Source: an uncultured Chloroflexia bacterium
GTDB lineage: Bacteria > Chloroflexota > Limnocylindria > Limnocylindrales > CSP1-4
Direction: 5' to 3'
Length of the DNA stretch: 64,000 nucleotides
Assembly: GCA_963711405.1 (NCBI GenBank)
Contig: CAVQDZ010000004.1
Coordinates: 126,425 to 190,424, forward strand
Position numbers and translations under genes: made by a program. Position 1 is the first letter of the stretch. Each line of letters starts with the position of its first letter. Shown here in pieces: positions 58,629 through 64,000 of this stretch. The notes beneath the pieces were generated by a model. That model was not told the origin of the DNA, searched no databases, and was given only the letters and a program-made list of their open reading frames with translations.

Positions 58629-60787
58629 GCTGGCTGCGCCGCCTCGTTAGGTTCTACCAGCTCCAGGCGGAGATCCTGTGGCACTGGCGGCCAGGGCGTC
58701 GCGCGCTGCTCAAGCGCATGATCGTGTCACTCGTCGTGGGCACGATCGCGTTGCTGCTGACCGTCGCGCTGCTGCCCGGCGTCAAGGCGGACAATCTGTC
58801 CACGATCGTCGTTGCGGTCATAGTTCTGGCCCTCTTCAACGCGCTCGTGCGGCCTGTCGTGCTGGCCGCGTTCGTCGGCGTTTCAACCATCGCCGTGATC
58901 ATTGCCACGCTTGTCCTGCAGATCGTTTCGTTCCTGTTCCTCGACTGGCTCTTGCAGGACTTCCACGTCGACGGCCTCATCGCGGCCTTCGTGGGCCCGC
59001 TCATATTTGCGCTGTTCAACACGCTCTTCGCCGCGATCCTGAACGCCGACAGTGGCGAGACGTTCTATGGCGCGCTCGTGGCCCAGCTCGCGCGCCGCCA
59101 GCCGGACACGATCGTGACCGACGATCCCGGCCTCGTGATCGTTCAGATCGACGGCCTGGCCCACCCCATTCTGGCCCAGCAGATCCGCGCCGGGCGCGTG
59201 CCGTTCATCTCCAGCTGGATCCGCTCGGGCGCCATGAAGCTCGACAAATGGACGGCCCTGCTGCCCTCGCAGACATCGGCCAGCCAGGCCGGCATCCTGC
59301 ACGGCAACAACAGCTTCATTCCCGCCTTCCGCTGGTGGGAGAAGGACACCCAGCGCATGCTCGTCTCGAACCACCCCGACGACGCGATGGAGATCGTGCG
59401 CCGCGCCTCGAACGGCGAGGGGCTGCTCTCGAATGACGGCGCCAGCGTGGGCAACCTGGTCTCTGGTGACGCGGCGCGCAGCTACATAACCATGGCCACG
59501 ATCAAGGACCCCAAGCAGGGCCTGGGCCAGAGCCGCGCCTGGTATGCCTTCTTCATCAGCCCGGACAAGTACCTCCGCGCCGGCGTGCTGACGATGGCCG
59601 AGGTCGTAAAGGAGTACTGGCAGGCGGCCCGTGCCGGACGTAAGGGCATCGTTCCTTCGATGCATCGCGGCATGCCCTATCCCGTCGTGCGCGGCGCGAC
59701 GAACGTGATCCTGCGCTCGCTGTCGACGTCGCTGGTGATGGAGGAGATGTACCGCGGCACGCCGGTCATCTACGTCGACTACACCGACTACGACGAGATC
59801 GCCCACCATTCCGGTCCCGAACGAAGCGAGACGCTCGACGCGCTCGATGGCGTCGACGCGACCATCCGCTCGCTGGTCAAGGCCACCGCGGACACGCCGC
59901 GGCCGTACAAGTTCGTCCTCCTGGGCGACCACGGCCAGAGCCTGGGCGCGACTTTCCTGCAGCGCTACGGCAAGTCGCTCAACGACTACATCGCCGAGCT
60001 GATGGGTGGCGCCAAGGACGTCGCCGCGGCGACGGGCAGGGTCGAAGAGTGGGGTGCGTTAAACGCGGTCGTGACCGAGGCGTCGCACGCGTCGGGCACA
60101 ACCGGCGCGATGACCCGCGTTGCCTTCCGCAACAGGTCAGAGGATGGCGCCATCGACCTCGCGCCCAAGGACCAGCGCGCCGGTGACGAGGTCGACGGCA
60201 AGGGCGAGCCGCCCGAGCTGGTCGTGTGCGCCAGCGGCAACCTGGGGCTCATCTACTTCCCGCGCCTGAAGGGCCGCGTCACGCTCGAAACGATCGAGGA
60301 GACCTGGCCTGGCCTGATCGACAAGCTCAGCCACCACGAGGGTATCGGCATGCTCACGGGCCGCTCGGCCACGGCCGGCTTGGTCGTCATGGGCCCTTCA
60401 GGAACGCGCTATCTGGACGGGGACAAGATTGACGGCGACGACCCGACGGAACCCTTTGGCGAACATGCCGTGACAGGCCTCAGGCGCGTCGACGGCATGT
60501 CCACCGGACCGGATCTGCTGGCCATCAGCCTGCTCGATCCGGGCACCGGCGAGGTGGCCGCATTCGAGGAGCTGATCGGCTCACATGGTGGCCTGGGCGG
60601 GCCGCAGACGGACCCGTTCATCATGCACCCGGCCGATTGGAAGATCGATGAGCCGATCGTCGGCGCGGAGGACGTCTACCAACAGATCCGACGTTGGCTG
60701 AAGGACATGGGCATCGAGCTGGGCAAGCAGGACAAGTCGACGAAGGCCGAGCAGACCGCCGCGGTGGAGACGAAGCCCGCGGCCTGA
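58625..60787 (+). CDS. Fusion of a 4-TM 'phage holin family IV'-like membrane domain with an alkaline-phosphatase/nucleotide-pyrophosphatase superfamily domain
   Basis: N-terminus LLPGVKADNLSTIVVAVIVLALFNALVRPVV. C-terminal domain VIVQIDGLAHP..LPSQTSASQAGILHG..DYDEIAHHSGP..LGDHGQS. The metal-ligand pattern fits the alkaline phosphatase superfamily. Confidence 0.8.
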   Translation: MSWLRRLVRFYQLQAEILWHWRPGRRALLKRMIVSLVVGTIALLLTVALLPGVKADNLSTIVVAVIVLALFNALVRPVVLAAFVGVSTIAVIIATLVLQIVSFLFLDWLLQDFHVDGLIAAFVGPLIFALFNTLFAAILNADSGETFYGALVAQLARRQPDTIVTDDPGLVIVQIDGLAHPILAQQIRAGRVPFISSWIRSGAMKLDKWTALLPSQTSASQAGILHGNNSFIPAFRWWEKDTQRMLVSNHPDDAMEIVRRASNGEGLLSNDGASVGNLVSGDAARSYITMATIKDPKQGLGQSRAWYAFFISPDKYLRAGVLTMAEVVKEYWQAARAGRKGIVPSMHRGMPYPVVRGATNVILRSLSTSLVMEEMYRGTPVIYVDYTDYDEIAHHSGPERSETLDALDGVDATIRSLVKATADTPRPYKFVLLGDHGQSLGATFLQRYGKSLNDYIAELMGGAKDVAAATGRVEEWGALNAVVTEASHASGTTGAMTRVAFRNRSEDGAIDLAPKDQRAGDEVDGKGEPPELVVCASGNLGLIYFPRLKGRVTLETIEETWPGLIDKLSHHEGIGMLTGRSATAGLVVMGPSGTRYLDGDKIDGDDPTEPFGEHAVTGLRRVDGMSTGPDLLAISLLDPGTGEVAAFEELIGSHGGLGGPQTDPFIMHPADWKIDEPIVGAEDVYQQIRRWLKDMGIELGKQDKSTKAEQTAAVETKPAA

Positions 60788-60944
60788 CGCGCATCCACAC
60801 CGGACGGCCAGCACGGTCTGGCCGATTGCACAGCATTCTCATTGACGCTAGGTTGCCGACCAACCGCACGGAGCTGAGCGGCCTGACCGTTCTCCTGGCC
60901 GTGCCCGTCCGACTCAGCTAGGGCGCGCCATCAACACATCGACG

Positions 60945-61382
60945 TCAGCAGCCCGTCACCGTCCGCGACGCAAGCTTGCCGTGGGTGTTTGACCAGAACT
61001 CGACCGTAACGACGAGCCTGTTGGTTATCTCATCGTTCTTGGTGTAGTCATAGCGCCGGTCGGTGACGTGGTAGTAGTTGCTCGAGTCGTTCGGAAAGAC
61101 CATCGACTTCTCGTTGGGGAACGTGAAGCGGGTGCTCCAGCCAATGCCTGAGCTCCACTCCTGGCGGCTCTTGACCAAGAAGTAGTTGACGCCCGACTGG
61201 CCGATCTCGCGCGCCTTGACCTTGATCTCCAGGTAGCCAACATGGTGTGCGCCGCCGGTATCGGGGCAGGCATTGATCAGAACCTTCACCTGGAACGGGT
61301 TCGCCGCTGCGGCGGGCAGCGGCAAAGCGGCGGCAACTCCGATCGCGGCCAGGATGGAAACGAGCACCAATCGTCGAATCAT
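60945..61382 (-). CDS. Small secreted protein (hypothetical)
   Basis: Signal peptide MIRRLVLVSILAAIGVAAALPLPAAAA. The ~118-aa mature part has Cys near each end. Codons look visibly less GC-rich than in neighbouring genes. Confidence 0.6.
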   Translation of the reverse strand: MIRRLVLVSILAAIGVAAALPLPAAAANPFQVKVLINACPDTGGAHHVGYLEIKVKAREIGQSGVNYFLVKSRQEWSSGIGWSTRFTFPNEKSMVFPNDSSNYYHVTDRRYDYTKNDEITNRLVVTVEFWSNTHGKLASRTVTGC

Positions 61383-61475
61383 TCCGAGTCCTCCAATGGC
61401 TGGGCATCCACAAAGTACTCCCGCTAGTTACAGGATGCGTCCGTCCGGCGACAATCGGCAGGTGAGGAACCAAAG

Positions 61476-62660
61476 TTGATCGACGTCCGGCGGCCGGGCG
61501 CAAGTGAATTGCTCAAGTCGCTCGGACTTCTCGTCGATGGGCCGGCACTGTGGGGACGGCCCGTGCCCAGCCGGTCGCCGGGCATCTTCGTTGTCGAGCT
61601 ACCCGCCGGCCTGGCCGACGCCCCGGTCGACATCGTTGCCGTTCGCCACTGGTTGGAAAGAGTGCCGGCACTGACGCTGGATGGCGAACGGCCGTCCGCA
61701 GAAGAGATCGCCAAACGTCTGCACGAGTTCTGGCTGGCCAACGAGCAGGTGCTCTATATCGGCCGGTCGCCCAAGCAGATCGGCGCCCGGGTCAACTCGA
61801 TGTACGCGACAACGCTCGGCGACGCGCGGCCGCACAGTGGCGGTTACTGGCTCAAGACGCTGTCGGTCCTGCCCGAGCTGCGCATCTGGTGGTCGGAGAC
61901 CGACGCGCACGAGGAGTACGAGGACGCGCTCCTGACGGAGATCGCGGCACGCAACGCGCCAGCGGATGGGACCTCGGCCGCGGAGACGGTGCTGCCCTTC
62001 GCGAACCTGATGTCCGCCGATGGGGTGGTCAGGGCGCACGGCTTGCTGAACCCTCTCCTCGCCGACACGACGGAGACATCCTCCAAGCGCGGCGCGGCGG
62101 GACAGTCGAAGACCAGCGGCGGGCGCGCGACAACGCGCAAGTCGACCTCGACCGGCACACGCAAACCCGCGCCGCCCAAGTCGGCTCCCGCACGGCCGGC
62201 GAGTGCGCCTACATACGTGTCGCGCGAGGGACTGGACAAGCTCAATGCGGAACTGGACGATCTGCGCACCGTCCAGCGGCCCGAGATCATCAACCGTGTC
62301 GCGGTGGCCCGCTCTCATGGTGACCTGAAAGAGAACGCCGAGTATGAGTACGCGCGCAAGGAACAGTCGTTCATGGAAGGACGCATCCAGACGCTCGAGC
62401 AGATGATTCGTCAGGCGGAGGTGATCGAGACCGGCGGACCTGCGGACAGTGTTCGACTCGGCTCGACCGTCGAGGTTGAGTCGGATGGCGACCACGACAC
62501 GTACGTGATCGTCGGCTCGACTGAGGCGAATCCGGCTGTGGGCCGCCTGTCCAACAACTCGCCGGTCGGCCGTGCCCTGCTCGGCGCGCGCCCTGGCGAC
62601 GAAGTCAGCGTCGAGCTGCCGTCAGGATCGGTGACCTATCGCGTGCTCGAGGTGCGCTAA
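61476..62660 (+). CDS. greA: Transcription elongation factor GreA with a ~230-aa N-terminal extension
   Basis: The C-terminal 160 aa are a canonical GreA (GLDKLNAELDDLR..GDLKENAEYEYARKEQSF..LSNNSPVGRALLGARPGDEV). The N-terminal domain plus a basic Ser/Thr/Lys linker has no family I can name. TTG 61476 follows GGTGAGGA. Confidence 0.8.
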   Translation: MIDVRRPGASELLKSLGLLVDGPALWGRPVPSRSPGIFVVELPAGLADAPVDIVAVRHWLERVPALTLDGERPSAEEIAKRLHEFWLANEQVLYIGRSPKQIGARVNSMYATTLGDARPHSGGYWLKTLSVLPELRIWWSETDAHEEYEDALLTEIAARNAPADGTSAAETVLPFANLMSADGVVRAHGLLNPLLADTTETSSKRGAAGQSKTSGGRATTRKSTSTGTRKPAPPKSAPARPASAPTYVSREGLDKLNAELDDLRTVQRPEIINRVAVARSHGDLKENAEYEYARKEQSFMEGRIQTLEQMIRQAEVIETGGPADSVRLGSTVEVESDGDHDTYVIVGSTEANPAVGRLSNNSPVGRALLGARPGDEVSVELPSGSVTYRVLEVR

Positions 62661-62680
62661 AAGGCGCCCATCAGGGCTCG

Positions 62681-63052
62681 TTACTGCGAGTCGTCCTCGG
62701 CGTCACCCAGAACGGTCAGCTGGCGCGGGGAGTCGTGACTTTCTGAGGCGCTCCGGCGAGTTCGCGGCGAGCCCATGCGGCGGCGCGTCTCAACATCGAC
62801 GCTCGTGTCCGACTCCAGCGCCGGGTGTTCGACAAGCGCGATCAACCGTGTGGCCATAAATCGACCCGTCCGGATGGGCGTTCCCGAGCGGGTGACCTCG
62901 GTCACCTCAACGACGCCTCGCGCGGTCGTGATCTCGATCCGCCGGCCCGCTTTGCGCGCAACGATCTCGAACGTCTGCACTCCCTGGCCGGTATCGACCA
63001 CCGCCTCGACGCGGTCGCCCTTCATGCCGACACCTCGCGTTGCATCCGCCAA
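62681..63052 (-). CDS. Hypothetical protein
   Basis: 123-aa ORF with coding-like composition. No motif recognised and the start is uncertain (MKGDRVEAV is possible). Confidence 0.4.
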   Translation of the reverse strand: MADATRGVGMKGDRVEAVVDTGQGVQTFEIVARKAGRRIEITTARGVVEVTEVTRSGTPIRTGRFMATRLIALVEHPALESDTSVDVETRRRMGSPRTRRSASESHDSPRQLTVLGDAEDDSQ

Positions 63053-63180
63053 TTGTTCATCGACGGATTATGCGCCGAGCAAGGAGGGCGTGAGCACCGG
63101 CCAAAGGCCGGAGGCCACGCCCGACGCGCAGCAGAGCGCGTCAGCGCTGCTGCGAAGGTTGTGTCGTTCGTGCACTCGAG

Positions 63181-64000
63181 CTACGCGCGGACTTCTTGCC
63201 TCATGAAGGCCACGTAGGCAACGCCGAACGTGACCATGGTCATCGCGATGATCGCGATGAATTGCGGCCAGATCACGAGCAGGCTCTGACTCAGCGGCAG
63301 CACACTGGTGACGGCCTGGTCCGCCTGCGTCTGGGTGACGAGTGCCGGCGACGTCGTTCGAATGGTCGGGTTGAGCACAGCGCCAGTCGCCTCGTTGAAG
63401 AGCTGGTTGGGCGACAGCCGCGACAGGTTCAGCTGGAGCGCGGCGTTGGCCACGGAATCCGGGCTTGACGCGCCCGAGTCTGGCGCCACCGGCGACAGGA
63501 TGTTGGCGAAGATGCCCACGACGAGCGTGAAGAACAGGCTCAGGATGAGCCACACCGATAGCGCGATGATGGCCGAGGTTGCGGCCCTGCGAACGAGCAC
63601 CGAGCAGAGCAGTGCGAAGGCCAGCCAGAAGCCGATGTACAGCAGCGACAGCAGCCACCACACGATCAGGCGCATGACGTCCTCAGCCGACGGGAAGATG
63701 CCCAGCTGGATGACGCCAATCGCGCCGACCAGGGCCATCACCACCGCCAGGACCAGACCGATTGAGGCCAGTCCGGCGACAAACTTGCCGTTGATCACGT
63801 CATCGCGATAGATGGGCTGGGCGAGCAGGCGCGGCAGCGTCGCTTCCGAGCGCTCGCCGTTGATCGCATCGAAGCCGAAGGCAATGCCCAGCAACGGGAT
63901 CAGGAATGGGATCAGGACCGTGAAAGCCGGCACCTGGTTAAGAGTCTGGAGTGATGCCGGAGGCGCGAACAGGATCAGGAACAGTGATTGCGTGCCTGAC
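63181..64000 (-). CDS. ABC-2-type transporter permease (5' end beyond the window)
   Basis: Six hydrophobic segments and FDAINGERSEATLPRLLAQP, typical of ABC-2/NosY-like permeases. The frame stays open upstream of GTG 63933 to the window edge (..SLFLILFAPPASLQTLNQ). Confidence 0.65.
   Translation of the reverse strand, partial: SGTQSLFLILFAPPASLQTLNQVPAFTVLIPFLIPLLGIAFGFDAINGERSEATLPRLLAQPIYRDDVINGKFVAGLASIGLVLAVVMALVGAIGVIQLGIFPSAEDVMRLIVWWLLSLLYIGFWLAFALLCSVLVRRAATSAIIALSVWLILSLFFTLVVGIFANILSPVAPDSGASSPDSVANAALQLNLSRLSPNQLFNEATGAVLNPTIRTTSPALVTQTQADQAVTSVLPLSQSLLVIWPQFIAIIAMTMVTFGVAYVAFMRQEVRA

Noticed and set aside
58883-59932. 349-aa ORF on the minus strand
   Set aside because: It is antisense to the holin-like/alkaline-phosphatase gene. 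It is a shadow ORF.

Overview
GC-rich bacterial chromosomal window (roughly two-thirds G+C by eye, not computed). It holds about 60 tightly packed genes on both strands. I saw no rRNA, CRISPR array, transposase, integrase or phage structural genes.

Content is mostly housekeeping, envelope and stress functions:
- Lipoate-dependent 2-oxoacid dehydrogenase genes: lpd, E1alpha and E1beta, then a separate E2, an SDR gene and lipA.
- An acyl-CoA synthetase and an acyl-CoA dehydrogenase.
- Adenosine deaminase, a VanW-family protein, a class A PBP, GlgX, three-domain LigD and PlsY.
- An adenylate cyclase with a Crp-family regulator.
- glnS flanked by two tRNA-Gln(CUG) genes.
- Two MFS transporters.
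- A MoxR/DUF58/DUF4129 trio, then PaiB, an AI-2E transporter, a META lipoprotein and HdeD.
- A holin-like/alkaline-phosphatase fusion and a long GreA.

Main observations:
1. Nine otherwise intact genes are split between two frames (eight clear, the PBP tail tentative). Every break is repaired by removing exactly one nucleotide. This looks like an insertion-type sequence artefact, but real decay is not excluded.
2. glnS sits between two diverged tRNA-Gln(CUG) genes. A decayed copy of the tRNA-Gln 3' half lies 3.1 kb further on and brackets a small lipoprotein/NHL/DUF1304 islet.
3. A 1105-aa one-component protein fuses SARP/BTAD, a STAND NTPase, a TM helix and a periplasmic BMP domain.
4. The dehydrogenase genes are separated by a cassette: that regulator, a small secreted peptide, a flavoprotein, a methyltransferase and a GNAT.
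5. GreA carries a ~230-aa N-terminal extension.
6. A 334-bp intergenic region is packed with inverted repeats.

I did not find a clear new multi-gene system such as a defence island. The items above are the best candidates, and all functional calls are motif- or memory-based without database searches. Lineage cannot be assigned from sequence alone.
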